From an uncultured Arenicella sp. (GTDB taxonomy: Bacteria; Pseudomonadota; Gammaproteobacteria; Arenicellales; Arenicellaceae): a stretch of DNA of 64,000 nucleotides. The notes below the pieces were generated by a model, which worked only from the letters and a program-made list of their open reading frames with translations, was not told the DNA's origin and did not search any database. The translations under genes and the position numbers were made by a program. Of the stretch, positions 30,368-40,621 are shown one piece after another (within the stretch, counting starts at the first letter, position 1; each line of letters starts with the position of its first letter). The stretch covers positions 20,080 to 84,079 of the forward strand of contig CAKZRZ010000014.1 in NCBI GenBank assembly GCA_937918955.1, in the 5' to 3' direction.

Positions 30368-31098
30368 TTGCCGGCCATAATTCGACGTACACGTTCTAAA
30401 TCATCGGGCGTATCGACGCCAATACCGGTATCGTAATCGACCGTCTCAACCATGATAGCGTCGCCGTTATCAAGCACACGCAGTTGTTCCAGACATTCCG
30501 TTTCTTCAATAGCGCTGCTTGCTAATTGATCGTATCGCTTAAGAAAAGAGCTGCGATATGCGTAAATTCCGATGTGATGCCAAGCGTTAGAAAAGCGCTT
30601 TTCGCGCGCATAAGGAATCGGCGCACGTGAGAAGTACAAAGCGCGGCCGTTTCGATCGAACACCACCTTGACCATATTAGGGTTGTCGATATCGGCCTGC
30701 TCTTCAATCGCTCGAGCGGCCGTAGACATCACTGCATCGCCCGCTATTTCGAGCGCCGCTGCGACTTGATCAATCAGCATGCCAGGGATTAACGGCTCGT
30801 CGCCCTGCACGTTCACAACTATTTCGTCATCGTTGATATCGAGCTTTTCAACGACTTCCGCCAATCGATCACTACCAGACTCATGATCATCGCGGGTCAT
30901 GCACACTTCGCAATCATAGTCGGCGACGGCGTCGGCAATTCGTTGATCATCTGTCGCGACAATGACTCGCGAGGCACTCGATTCTCTTGCTCGGTCAACA
31001 ACGTGGGCAATCATGGGCACACCCTGAATATCGGCCACGGCCTTTCCTGGCAAGCGGCTCGAGGCGTAACGCGCAGGTATGACAACGGTAAACGACAT
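30364..31098 (-). CDS. kdsB: 3-deoxy-manno-octulosonate cytidylyltransferase
   Basis: IPARYASSRLPGK, SGSDR, VNVQGDEP, ALYFSRAPIP, HIGIYAY, LEQLR. Confidence 0.96.
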   Translation of the reverse strand: MSFTVVIPARYASSRLPGKAVADIQGVPMIAHVVDRARESSASRVIVATDDQRIADAVADYDCEVCMTRDDHESGSDRLAEVVEKLDINDDEIVVNVQGDEPLIPGMLIDQVAAALEIAGDAVMSTAARAIEEQADIDNPNMVKVVFDRNGRALYFSRAPIPYAREKRFSNAWHHIGIYAYRSSFLKRYDQLASSAIEETECLEQLRVLDNGDAIMVETVDYDTGIGVDTPDDLERVRRIMAGK

Positions 31099-31268
31099 TA
31101 GCTCGGCTCCAACTCGCGCGCTTCGTCTTCCAGCAATACCGGTATGCCGTCTCTTATCGGGAATGCGAGTTTCGCCACCGAGGAGACAAGCTCATTTCGC
31201 TCTTCATCAAATTCTAGAGCGCTTTTGGTTACTGGGCACACCAGCATTTCTAATAATTTCTTATCCAT
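31098..31268 (-). CDS. ycaR: Trm112-family protein (YcaR), 56 aa, missed by the ORF track
   Basis: Own translation [56 protein letters not shown]; canonical lpxK-ycaR-kdsB position; TAATG overlap with kdsB. Confidence 0.92.
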   Translation of the reverse strand: MDKKLLEMLVCPVTKSALEFDEERNELVSSVAKLAFPIRDGIPVLLEDEARELEPS

Positions 31269-31271
31269 AAT

Positions 31272-32291
31272 TTAGTTCTCGTGAATATTCCCGTGAATAA
31301 TATGACCGCTGTTTTGTTCACCGATTTTCTTAACAATCGATTCAGTAAGCCCGTCATTTAATACTGCATCGACGGGTAGATACCAATGATTACTCGACGC
31401 AAACGAGGTACATTTCACCGCGTCTTTTTCTGTCATCAACACCGATGCTGCGCCAAAATCTAAATCACTTGCAACAAAGTGATGGTGGTCAGCAAAGCTG
31501 TGTTCATTAATCTGCAAACCAAGCGCTCGACAACTATCAAAGAAACGCTGAGGTTGGCCGATACCGGCAACTGCCTCAATTCGTTCGCCCGAGGGAAACG
31601 GCGCGGTATTGCTATTGAGCAAAGGCTGAGGTTCGCTGGGGGACAATTCCATAGTGTATTGGTTTTCTGCGTTTCCGACGTACCCACCATGGCGCACAAT
31701 GAAATCGACTGTTAGTAAGCGTGATAAAGGTTCTCTATACGGCCCCGCAGGCAATAGCTCTTCGTTTTGATGTGTCACTGTATCATCGACCAAACAGACC
31801 TCTATATCGCGTTCTAGCGCTAGGTGCTGCAAACCATCGTCACTAATAAGAATGTCGACGGAATGTCGTGAGAGCAATAACTCTATCGATTCTTGTCGAT
31901 TAGGCCCAACCGCCATTGGCACTCCGGTTCGCTTTACAATCAAAGCGGGCTCGTCACCACATTCTGTGACGGCGGTGTTTTGATTTACTTCAAGCGGGTA
32001 AGAATCCGCATCGCCGCTATAACCGCGACTGATAACACCAGGCGCAAAACCGAGTTCTTTGAGTTGCTCTACTAGATAAATCACCAGTGGTGTTTTGCCT
32101 GTTCCGCCAACGGTAAGATTGCCAACAACAACGACGGGAATTGGCGCACGATAGCTACTAAAAAGCCCCCTCTTAAAAGCCTGTTTACGCGCCGCAAAAG
32201 CGCCCTTGTAGACAGTCGACAGAGGTTTTAAAACTGTGGTCAAAGCGTTGGGTTTCGACCAACTCTTTAGCAATGACTTTTTAATACTCAT
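31272..32291 (-). CDS. lpxK: tetraacyldisaccharide 4'-kinase
   Basis: VVGNLTVGGTGKTP, SRGY, GDEP, DDGLQH.AL.RD, LPAGPYREP, MTEKDAVKC. Confidence 0.96.
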   Translation of the reverse strand: MSIKKSLLKSWSKPNALTTVLKPLSTVYKGAFAARKQAFKRGLFSSYRAPIPVVVVGNLTVGGTGKTPLVIYLVEQLKELGFAPGVISRGYSGDADSYPLEVNQNTAVTECGDEPALIVKRTGVPMAVGPNRQESIELLLSRHSVDILISDDGLQHLALERDIEVCLVDDTVTHQNEELLPAGPYREPLSRLLTVDFIVRHGGYVGNAENQYTMELSPSEPQPLLNSNTAPFPSGERIEAVAGIGQPQRFFDSCRALGLQINEHSFADHHHFVASDLDFGAASVLMTEKDAVKCTSFASSNHWYLPVDAVLNDGLTESIVKKIGEQNSGHIIHGNIHEN

Positions 32292-32341
32292 TCTTTAAAA
32301 CTCATGCGCAGATCTAGCAAGGCTATACCATACCTAAATCG

Positions 32342-34210
32342 TCACTTCCAAAAAAAGAAGCCTTTCTTAGGCGAGTTAGATTGCGCCTTATGCAGCTCGG
32401 CGTATACGCCACCCTTTTTGAGTAAGCGCTTGTGTGAACCCTGTTCAACAATCCGGCCTCTCTCTAAAACTACGATCTTATCGGCGCTCTCGATGGTTGA
32501 TAGGCGATGCGCAATAACCATCGAGGTGCGACCTTTCATGAGCGTTTCTAAGGCATCTTGAACATAACGCTCAGACTTATTGTCGAGCGCGGACGTCGCT
32601 TCGTCAAGAATCAATATCGGGGCATTTTTATAAATGGCTCTGGCAATAGCAACACGCTGGCGTTGACCACCAGATAAGCGTAAGCCGCCTTCGCCTACCA
32701 TAGTATCAATGCCTAAGGGTAGCTCAGATAGAAACTCGTCTACGTGTGCTGCTTTTATTGCAGCTTGAAGACGTTGTTCGTCATATTCATCGACCATGCC
32801 ATACATGATGTTTCGGCCAATCGTATCATCGAACAAAGTGGTTTCTTGGCTGACTAAGGCGAATTGTGATCGCAAGCCCTTTAAGCAAAGTTGATTCACG
32901 TCTATGCCATCAATCAAAATTCGCCCTTGTTGAGGCTTATAAAATCGAAGAATTAATGAGGTGATGGTTGATTTACCGCTGCCAGATGAGCCTACAAGCG
33001 CGACACGTTCACCAGGCTTAATAGAAAAATCAATATTCTCTAGAACTGGGGCATCATCGTCGTCACGATACTTAAATTCGACTCCTTCAAAAGCAATGCT
33101 ACCTTGGATATTACCTAGCAATTCTTCGCCTTCATCAACTTCAGGCTTCTCATCTATCACTTCAAATACGCTATCGGCTGCTGTAACCCCAACTTGAATT
33201 TTCTCATTAACCTTAGCCAAGCGCTTTAGAGGGCTCATCAACGCTAAACAGGCCATGATGTAAGTTGAAAATTGCACCACCGACTCTGGCCCCGTGCGCA
33301 GATAGTTCAAGAAAATATAAAGAATCAATGCAATCGCCGGCGCGACCAAAATCATGGTCAGTGGTACCAAGCCTGCGGATACTTTTGCTCGCTTTAAATT
33401 TTGCTGCAAATTAAACTCATTAGCCCTAGCAAAATTCTCAGCTTCTTGCGCCTGGCCGTTATAAACCTTGATCACCTTATGTCCAATGACCGCTTCTTTG
33501 ACGGTATGACCAATGCCGCCCATTGAACCTTGTATCTGTTTACTGGTTTTACGAAAACGTTTATTTGTATAGGCGGCAACAAGCACTACCAAGGGCACTA
33601 CTAAGAGAAAGATCAAGGTTAAGCGCCATTCAGACCAAAATAGAAACGCAATCAGACCAATCGCTTTGAATGATTCACGGAACATGATCGACAGGGTATC
33701 GGTAATCGCCACTGATGTCGTTTCAACATCGTAGATGAGCTTGGATATAGTTTGCGCTGAAGAGTTCTTATCGAAGTACGGCGATGGCAGAGAAATCATA
33801 TTGCCAAAAATGTCGCGCCTTAATTCGAAAATCACCAAGCGCCCAGCCTTCGCCATTGTGTAGTTGCCGATATAGCCAGTGATGGCTCGTGCAGCGAGCA
33901 CTCCCATCAATAGCATTCCAGACCAGCGTACAAACCAGTCATCCCCATTTAAGAAGCCACTTTTAAGAATGGTATCGATCGACTTTACAAACGATGCTTC
34001 AATCGCGCCAGTTGCCATCAAAAAGACGATCGCGACGCACAACAAAAACTTATGTCGAAATAAGTATGACATCAGCCGTAGCAAGGTAGCACGAACTTGG
34101 ATATCGCGTTGTCGAGATGACTTATTCTTAGGGCTACTAGCGTCAGCTTGCGAGGACTCGCTCGAAGTTGATTCAAGCTCGGGCACTAAGATATTTGGAG
34201 AGTCTTGCAT
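32342..34210 (-). CDS. msbA: lipid A export ABC transporter MsbA
   Basis: ABC TMD + NBD (GSSGSGKS, LSGGQRQR, ILDEATSALD); adjacent to lpxK. Confidence 0.92.
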   Translation of the reverse strand: MQDSPNILVPELESTSSESSQADASSPKNKSSRQRDIQVRATLLRLMSYLFRHKFLLCVAIVFLMATGAIEASFVKSIDTILKSGFLNGDDWFVRWSGMLLMGVLAARAITGYIGNYTMAKAGRLVIFELRRDIFGNMISLPSPYFDKNSSAQTISKLIYDVETTSVAITDTLSIMFRESFKAIGLIAFLFWSEWRLTLIFLLVVPLVVLVAAYTNKRFRKTSKQIQGSMGGIGHTVKEAVIGHKVIKVYNGQAQEAENFARANEFNLQQNLKRAKVSAGLVPLTMILVAPAIALILYIFLNYLRTGPESVVQFSTYIMACLALMSPLKRLAKVNEKIQVGVTAADSVFEVIDEKPEVDEGEELLGNIQGSIAFEGVEFKYRDDDDAPVLENIDFSIKPGERVALVGSSGSGKSTITSLILRFYKPQQGRILIDGIDVNQLCLKGLRSQFALVSQETTLFDDTIGRNIMYGMVDEYDEQRLQAAIKAAHVDEFLSELPLGIDTMVGEGGLRLSGGQRQRVAIARAIYKNAPILILDEATSALDNKSERYVQDALETLMKGRTSMVIAHRLSTIESADKIVVLERGRIVEQGSHKRLLKKGGVYAELHKAQSNSPKKGFFFWK

Positions 34211-34274
34211 GCTGTAAGTGTATGCGATCTTAGAGTTTTTTTCTCAATGATCACAAAAATATGATTTAAGCGAG

Positions 34275-34709
34275 TTACTCGTTGAACTGCTTAGTAGCAA
34301 ACGTTACGTTACTCAAACCTAGTTCCTGAGCGACATCCATGACCTTAATCACTGCTTCATGCGGCGCTTTACGATCTGCTCGAATAATCAATAACAATTG
34401 CTGCTGCGACTGATACTCAGCCAAAGCACGTTTCAAGGTGTCACGATTGGAGTTAATAAGCGCTTTCGCTGATCCTTCGCCATCACCTGCAATCGCATAT
34501 TGAGACTCTGCACCAATTTGAACTTCGACACTCAAAGGTTGTTGCGCAATGGCTTCGCCACTCGATTCAGGCAAGTTAATTTTTAGCGACGTTTCTTTGG
34601 TGAACGTCGTCGAGATCATAAAGAAAATGAGCAGCAGAAACACCACATCAATCAGAGGTGTTAGCTCAATAGCGGTTTCATCCTGCTCGTCAGATTGACC
34701 AAAGTTCAT
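34275..34709 (-). CDS. exbD: biopolymer transporter ExbD
   Basis: IELTPLIDVVFLLLIFFMIST, IIRAD. Confidence 0.9.
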   Translation of the reverse strand: MNFGQSDEQDETAIELTPLIDVVFLLLIFFMISTTFTKETSLKINLPESSGEAIAQQPLSVEVQIGAESQYAIAGDGEGSAKALINSNRDTLKRALAEYQSQQQLLLIIRADRKAPHEAVIKVMDVAQELGLSNVTFATKQFNE

Positions 34710-34712
34710 AGC

Positions 34713-35312
34713 TTAGCTCTTTTGGGAATCGAGAAGCGCCAGTGCATTCTCTTCGAGAATCACAGCAAGCTCACTAATACGACCACGAAAATGACGGTAA
34801 AACATCAAGCATGGAATGCCAACCGAAAGGCCCGCCGCGGTAGTGATCAATGCTTCAGAAATACCACCAGATAGAACCGTTGGGTCGCCTACTCCGCTCG
34901 CTGTAATAGCCGTAAAGACCTTGATCATACCGATGACGGTTCCAAGCAATCCAATCAACGGTGTTATCGAGGCGATTGTACCCAGTGTATTCAAGTAGCG
35001 GCCAAGTTTATGGACCACTTGCTTGCCAGTCTCTTCTAAGCCCTCGCGCATCGCTTCAGGACCATATTGAATATTATCCAAGCCTCCAGCAAATACAGCA
35101 CCTAATGGAGAATGGGATCGCACCACCTCGATTTTCTCGGGAGTGACTTTTCCAGAGTTGGCCAATTCTAAGATTTGCTTACGAAGACTTGCTGGCGCAA
35201 CTTGCTTAGTACGTAGAGTCAGTAATCGCTCAAAAATGATGGTTAACGCAACCAGTGAGCAAAGAAGGATGATCCACATAAGCGGGCCGCCCGCTTTGAA
35301 TAATTCAAACAT
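34713..35312 (-). CDS. exbB: MotA/TolQ/ExbB proton channel protein
   Basis: LGTIASITPLIGLLGTVIGMI, GISEALITTAAGL. Confidence 0.88.
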   Translation of the reverse strand: MFELFKAGGPLMWIILLCSLVALTIIFERLLTLRTKQVAPASLRKQILELANSGKVTPEKIEVVRSHSPLGAVFAGGLDNIQYGPEAMREGLEETGKQVVHKLGRYLNTLGTIASITPLIGLLGTVIGMIKVFTAITASGVGDPTVLSGGISEALITTAAGLSVGIPCLMFYRHFRGRISELAVILEENALALLDSQKS

Positions 35313-35442
35313 TGAATACCTTTTCGCCTCGAATTAAGGCGCTTGTTTGTTAGCGAGCTAATCTTGCCATGTATCAAGATCTAGGAGTCAGGGATTAACC
35401 GCAAGTAATTTATTTTTTTAGTCGTCAAAGTTTATCAAAGAT

Positions 35443-37839
35443 TCAGCGCCGATTGGGTACTTTTTGATAGCTCCAAAAGTGTCGCTGCTGCTCCCGGAAC
35501 CTGCTGACACCTGTACCTTTAGAATTAATGACAAGCAGAATGCTGCCGCTATCAATGGTCGACAGTAATTTAATGCCTCGTTCATGATATCGCGCGACTA
35601 CTTTTGGATGAGGATGACCATAGTGATTTTTATAGCCCGCGGCAAGCATTGCTGTGTTTGGTGACACCGCATCTAAAAATACAGAAGTCGACGATGTCTT
35701 ACTACCTTGATGGGGAACCAGCAGAAAATCCGCCGCTAAACGGTCAGTCGCAGTTCGAACTAAATAGTGTTCAACTTGTTTTTCAATATCTCCGGAGATT
35801 AAAACCCGCTGTCCAAGGTGCTCGATCATAATCACGCATGAACGATTATTACTGCCCTTCGGCGTGGCGCTATCAGGGCTTAGTACACTATAGTGCGTCT
35901 GATCATAGCTCCACCGTTGGCCGCGCGTACATTCTATAGCATCGCTAACCTTATCGAGTCGACTGGTCAAAACTCGGCCAACCTCAAAGGCTCCTCGGAC
36001 AGCATTCAAACCGCCAATATGATCATTGTCAGCATGACTTATCACTAAGGTATCTATCTTGCTAATTCCGCGCCTGCGTAAATACGGCAGCAACACGGCT
36101 TCGGCAGTAGAAAAGCCGCTCCCATACCTAGGCCCCGTATCGTAAACCGTTACCGAATTCTGCGTTTCGAATACCATAGCCAAGCCTTGTCCTACATCCA
36201 ATAAGGCCACTCGTAACTCATCACTCTTCAAGTGTTCAACCGGCTTACCGAGTAGCGAAACAAATAAAACACCAATAACTGAACTTGTGACAAGAATAAA
36301 AGGCGTCGTAAAACCTTTCACCATTTGTTTGATGCGCGGTATACACAACACGATGAGCATGGCTATTAGACACCATTGCCACCAAAGCAATGGAGTGGCG
36401 TAAATCTTTGCGAAGCCGTACTGGCTTATCCCTTCCAATAATTTATATACAAAATCATAAACCCAACTTAGTTTGCCGAAACACCAAGTGCTGAACTGTT
36501 CAGCCCCGAGTATTAGCAGTAGGAATGCAAGCAAAGTCAATGGGATCAGAACAGTACAAAAGAGCGGGACCATGACCAAATTAACCAAAGGCGATACCAA
36601 GGACACTTGCGCGAATAAAAGGATGCTCATGGGCCACATACCGATCCAAAGCATGGGTTGCAGCTTAAGAAGGGAAAGTTTGCTTGCGCCCTCTGACATT
36701 AATGCGATTACGGCTACCGCGCCACATGACAACCAAAACCCAACATCAAGTACTGAAAATGGGTCTAGCAGTAAAATCACGAATATCGCAATGAGCAAGA
36801 CTTTACTTAAACTGGCTTCTCTAGCCAGAAAATTACACACTACATAGACAACAAGCATGACAATGGCTCGCTGAGTTGAAACCGAGAACCCGGCCATCGC
36901 CGCATAACACACGGCTGCAGCAAGTGCCGGAACCAAGCACAATTGCTGTCGCGGATGTCGCCTATAAAAAGATACGAAAGGCCAAAGCAATATACTAAAA
37001 AGTCGGCTAACCGCAATAAACACCAAGCCAACATGCAAACCTGAAATAGCCATTAAATGACTCACACCAGTAGCTTGTAAAACTTGTTGCTGGGTATGAG
37101 TGAAACCCGTTTTCACCCCAATCGTCAGAGCGAGAAGAATGCTGCGACCAACCCCTTGATCTTCACCTATTTCACTCGATGGCATAGCGAGGATTTGATC
37201 TTTAATAGACTCACGCCACCTATTAAGCGAGATGTCAGAAGAGCTGATTCGGATATTCTCTGATTTTGCTCGCACATACCCTTTGGCAATGAGTTGGTGC
37301 CTAAAAAGATATTTCTCATAATCAAACGCGCCCCAACTTGCATAACCATGTGGACGCTTTAGCCGAACCGTCAATCGCCATTGCTCACCTGCCCTGAGAT
37401 TGAACTTACATCGATAGCAACTCAATTGTATTTTTTGGCCACTTAAATGCGCGAGTTCAGGTTTCTCAAACTTCACAACGTGGAAGCGAAAACGTTTGTT
37501 ACCGCTTCTCGATATTGGCAGTGAGCTAACGGTGCCTACAACACTAATATCTTTGCGTTCAAACTCATCAGGAAAGCTGTCATCTATGTGGAGGTCGACG
37601 TTAAAGCACATCCAAAGGAGGCCCAAGCAGAAAAATGCCAAGGGCCTCAACACGGTAAAACACAAGACTAAAAAAGCGATGACCGCTAGTAGAAATTGAG
37701 AGCTGGGTAAAACGGGTAATTTAGCAAACGCCAAGCTAGAGCTTACGCCAACAAAGAATGCAAAAAGGCAGGCCCCTGAACTCGACATTGCGCTGCGCAC
37801 AAACTGGGCTTCTACACCAAATCTAAAATTGATCACCAC
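35443..37839 (-). CDS. comEC: DNA internalization competence protein ComEC/Rec2
   Basis: GVSHLMAISGLHVG, STQRA, GFWLS, LDVGQG, ISHADNDHIGG, PHQGSKTSS; AAGGAG 7 nt before GTG. Confidence 0.94.
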   Translation of the reverse strand: MVINFRFGVEAQFVRSAMSSSGACLFAFFVGVSSSLAFAKLPVLPSSQFLLAVIAFLVLCFTVLRPLAFFCLGLLWMCFNVDLHIDDSFPDEFERKDISVVGTVSSLPISRSGNKRFRFHVVKFEKPELAHLSGQKIQLSCYRCKFNLRAGEQWRLTVRLKRPHGYASWGAFDYEKYLFRHQLIAKGYVRAKSENIRISSSDISLNRWRESIKDQILAMPSSEIGEDQGVGRSILLALTIGVKTGFTHTQQQVLQATGVSHLMAISGLHVGLVFIAVSRLFSILLWPFVSFYRRHPRQQLCLVPALAAAVCYAAMAGFSVSTQRAIVMLVVYVVCNFLAREASLSKVLLIAIFVILLLDPFSVLDVGFWLSCGAVAVIALMSEGASKLSLLKLQPMLWIGMWPMSILLFAQVSLVSPLVNLVMVPLFCTVLIPLTLLAFLLLILGAEQFSTWCFGKLSWVYDFVYKLLEGISQYGFAKIYATPLLWWQWCLIAMLIVLCIPRIKQMVKGFTTPFILVTSSVIGVLFVSLLGKPVEHLKSDELRVALLDVGQGLAMVFETQNSVTVYDTGPRYGSGFSTAEAVLLPYLRRRGISKIDTLVISHADNDHIGGLNAVRGAFEVGRVLTSRLDKVSDAIECTRGQRWSYDQTHYSVLSPDSATPKGSNNRSCVIMIEHLGQRVLISGDIEKQVEHYLVRTATDRLAADFLLVPHQGSKTSSTSVFLDAVSPNTAMLAAGYKNHYGHPHPKVVARYHERGIKLLSTIDSGSILLVINSKGTGVSRFREQQRHFWSYQKVPNRR

Positions 37840-38075
37840 GCAACATCTCCTTATGTGCTTAATTCAGTCATGGATAAAACAGTATGCGCTCGAACGCTTT
37901 TGGTCTAAAAATCGAGCGTGAGTCACTCCTTATGAACTGGCTCGAGGTTTTTTGGCAAAAACAGTAGCTTACTTAAAGCAAATTTAATCCCTGTTAGCGA
38001 AGTATCATAACACTCCTCACATGGAATGCATATAATACGGACACTAGACATCACTGCCTAAAACACCGATCTTAA

Positions 38076-38606
38076 TTGAAGTTTTTCAAAAACCTACGCA
38101 AACATTTACCAACCGTAAAAGAGATACAGCAGTATCGATATTTGCATATTTTTGGTGATAGCCTAAAACAACAGGAACTCTGGACCTTCAACCGCCAGAG
38201 TACGGCAAAAGGGGTGGCAATTGGAATTTTTTGCGCCTTTCTTCCGATGCCCTTTGAAATGGTCCCTGCGATTTTTCTAGCCGCATTGATGCGAGGTAAT
38301 CTACCATTTGCGATTGCTGGAATTTGGATCTCAAACCCGGTTACTTGGATCCCGCTTTACACTCCTTGTTATTTGCTGGGCGCAAAGATATTGCAAATCG
38401 AACCAGTATCGCTTCAGGAAATCACCATATTTCAGTTAGGCTGGCATTATGTTGCTCTTTGGATGGGCTGCTTGATTGTCGGCATAGCATTGAGTGTGTC
38501 AGTACATTTTACTATTAGCTTTATTTGGCGCTCTCAAGTACGCGAGAGATGGAAGCGCCGACAAAAACTGCGCCTTGCACGCAAGAACGCTGAAAACTCT
38601 AGTTAG
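38076..38606 (+). CDS. DUF2062 domain protein
   Basis: LW.FNRQS.AKG.AIG.F.AFLP.P, WISNPVT..P; usual position between comEC and lolD. Confidence 0.85.
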   Translation: MKFFKNLRKHLPTVKEIQQYRYLHIFGDSLKQQELWTFNRQSTAKGVAIGIFCAFLPMPFEMVPAIFLAALMRGNLPFAIAGIWISNPVTWIPLYTPCYLLGAKILQIEPVSLQEITIFQLGWHYVALWMGCLIVGIALSVSVHFTISFIWRSQVRERWKRRQKLRLARKNAENSS

Positions 38607-38627
38607 AGCTTTGCCAGCCGCACTAAT

Positions 38628-39311
38628 TTAACTCTGGGTGAGCGTCCCCAACTCCAAATGATATCGTTTATCCATCTTATTCGCTAAACCTGTGTCATGG
38701 GTGACCATTACCAAGGCAGTGCCGATGCGTTCATTTAAAGCCATCATCATTTCGAAGACACTCTGAGCGGTATTCTCGTCTAGATTGCCGGTAGGTTCAT
38801 CGGCAAGAACGACATTAGGCTCGCTGACCAACGCCCTTGCAATCGCCGCGCGTTGACGCTCGCCACCAGAAAGTTCGACAGGCCTGTGCTCAAGTCGATG
38901 AGACAAACCAATTTCCTCGAGAAGTTGAGATGCCTTGGCTTTCGCTACCGACGTATCTTCACCACGTATCAACAACGGCATCGCGACATTTTCGATTGCC
39001 GTAAATTCGGGCAATAGATGATGAAACTGATACACAAAGCCGAGGTATTGGTTACGAATAAGTCCACGCTTTTTGTCTGACATGCCCGACAATTCCTGAC
39101 CATCGACCCAAACCGAACCTGTGCTTGGCAGATCTAAGCCACCCAGTAAATGCAACAAAGTACTTTTACCCGACCCAGACGCGCCGACGATAGCAATGCG
39201 TTCGCCCTGTTCAATCGATAGGTTGATATTCGACAAAACTTCAACATCATTCGGGCCTTCGGTGTAGGTCATGCCCAGCTGCTGACAATGCAAAATTCCT
39301 GATTGGCTCAT
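38628..39311 (-). CDS. lolD: lipoprotein-releasing ABC transporter ATPase LolD
   Basis: [49 protein letters not shown]. Confidence 0.95.
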   Translation of the reverse strand: MSQSGILHCQQLGMTYTEGPNDVEVLSNINLSIEQGERIAIVGASGSGKSTLLHLLGGLDLPSTGSVWVDGQELSGMSDKKRGLIRNQYLGFVYQFHHLLPEFTAIENVAMPLLIRGEDTSVAKAKASQLLEEIGLSHRLEHRPVELSGGERQRAAIARALVSEPNVVLADEPTGNLDENTAQSVFEMMMALNERIGTALVMVTHDTGLANKMDKRYHLELGTLTQS

Positions 39312-39323
39312 ATACTATGCTCC

Positions 39324-40577
39324 CTATTCGTAGCGCAGCGCTTCGGCTGGCTGAGTTCTAGAGGCTCTCCAAGCGGGGTAAAGCGTTGCGAGCATACACA
39401 GAATGACGGACGTACTTACAACAATGATTACATCATTCCAGCGCAATTCTGCTGGAAAGTCCGTAACAATATAAACGCTCGCAGGTAGCACCTCGTGACC
39501 CACCATACCCTCAATAAAAGCGATGATGGTCGACAAATTAAGTGCGGTCAGCACCCCTGCTATAGCACCTACCAGGGTGCCGATCACTCCCGAAGTTACG
39601 CCCTGCACAAAGAAGATACCCATTACTTTGCCTGGTGAAAGTCCAAGAGTACGCAGAATTGCGATATCAGCTCGCTTATCGGTAACGACCATAATTAGGG
39701 TCGAGACGATATTAAACGCAGCGATTGCGACAATTAGAAACAAGACAATAAACACCATCCGTCTTTCAAATTCTAGGGCTCGAAAGAAGCTCTTGTGCTG
39801 AGTAGTCCAGTTATCTACATAAAAGCGATACTCAAGTTTGTCGGCAATTTCCGCCGTTACTTCTCGTGCTAGAAATGGATCATCTAATTTAACGCGTATT
39901 CCACTGACCGCGCCGCGAAACTTATATAACTTATCCGCATCGGCCATGTGTATGTAAGCCAAAGTGCTGTCGAAGCCATCTGGACCTATATCGCCGAACA
40001 CACCGACAACAGTAAATCGACGCAAGCGCGGCATCAGGCCTGCCGGAGTAGATTGACCTTGTGGAGAAATAAAAGTAACTTTGTCTCCAAGAGCGGCACC
40101 GACTTTATTAGCCAACCCTCGCCCTAGCACAACGTTATAGCGGCCCTTTTGCAACATTTCAAAACTGCCAACATCCATATGTTTAGCAATCTCAGAAACC
40201 TTAAGCTCCTCCTCTGGCAATACACCTTTAACTAGGGAACCGGTGACCTGACCATTTAAGGTGAGCAAGCCTTGAGCGTAAATATACGGCGCACGACCCA
40301 ATACTTCTGATTGAGCATCAATAGTATCAGTTAGAGCCTGCCAGTCTTTTAATCGATTGCCCTGCCCAGTTACGGTTACATGTGGCGCAACGTCAAGAAT
40401 TCGACCGCGCAACTCATTGCCAAAACCGTTCATAATTGATATGACCGAAATTAGCACCCAGACACCAATGGCTACGCCCAAAATCGAGATCGCGGAGATA
40501 AAGGAGATAAATCCATTTCGACGCTTGGCACGCGAATATCGCGAGCCAATCATCAAAGGTAAGTTAGTTTTTGCCAT
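39324..40577 (-). CDS. lolC: lipoprotein-releasing ABC transporter permease (LolC/E family)
   Basis: RY.RAKRRNGFISFIS, S.MNGF, AFNIVSTL.M.V.DK..DIAILRT, PAEALRYE. Confidence 0.9.
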   Translation of the reverse strand: MAKTNLPLMIGSRYSRAKRRNGFISFISAISILGVAIGVWVLISVISIMNGFGNELRGRILDVAPHVTVTGQGNRLKDWQALTDTIDAQSEVLGRAPYIYAQGLLTLNGQVTGSLVKGVLPEEELKVSEIAKHMDVGSFEMLQKGRYNVVLGRGLANKVGAALGDKVTFISPQGQSTPAGLMPRLRRFTVVGVFGDIGPDGFDSTLAYIHMADADKLYKFRGAVSGIRVKLDDPFLAREVTAEIADKLEYRFYVDNWTTQHKSFFRALEFERRMVFIVLFLIVAIAAFNIVSTLIMVVTDKRADIAILRTLGLSPGKVMGIFFVQGVTSGVIGTLVGAIAGVLTALNLSTIIAFIEGMVGHEVLPASVYIVTDFPAELRWNDVIIVVSTSVILCMLATLYPAWRASRTQPAEALRYE

Positions 40578-40621
40578 TCCTTCGCTACTGAGATTGGTTA
40601 GATAACTCTTTATAAAGAAAG

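Noticed and set aside
31079-31270. 63-aa + strand ORF
   Set aside because: Antisense to the real 56-aa Trm112/YcaR gene
34275-35312. exbBD without tonB inside the comEC-msbA-lpxK operon
   Set aside because: Well-known conserved arrangement in Pseudomonas-like proteobacteria
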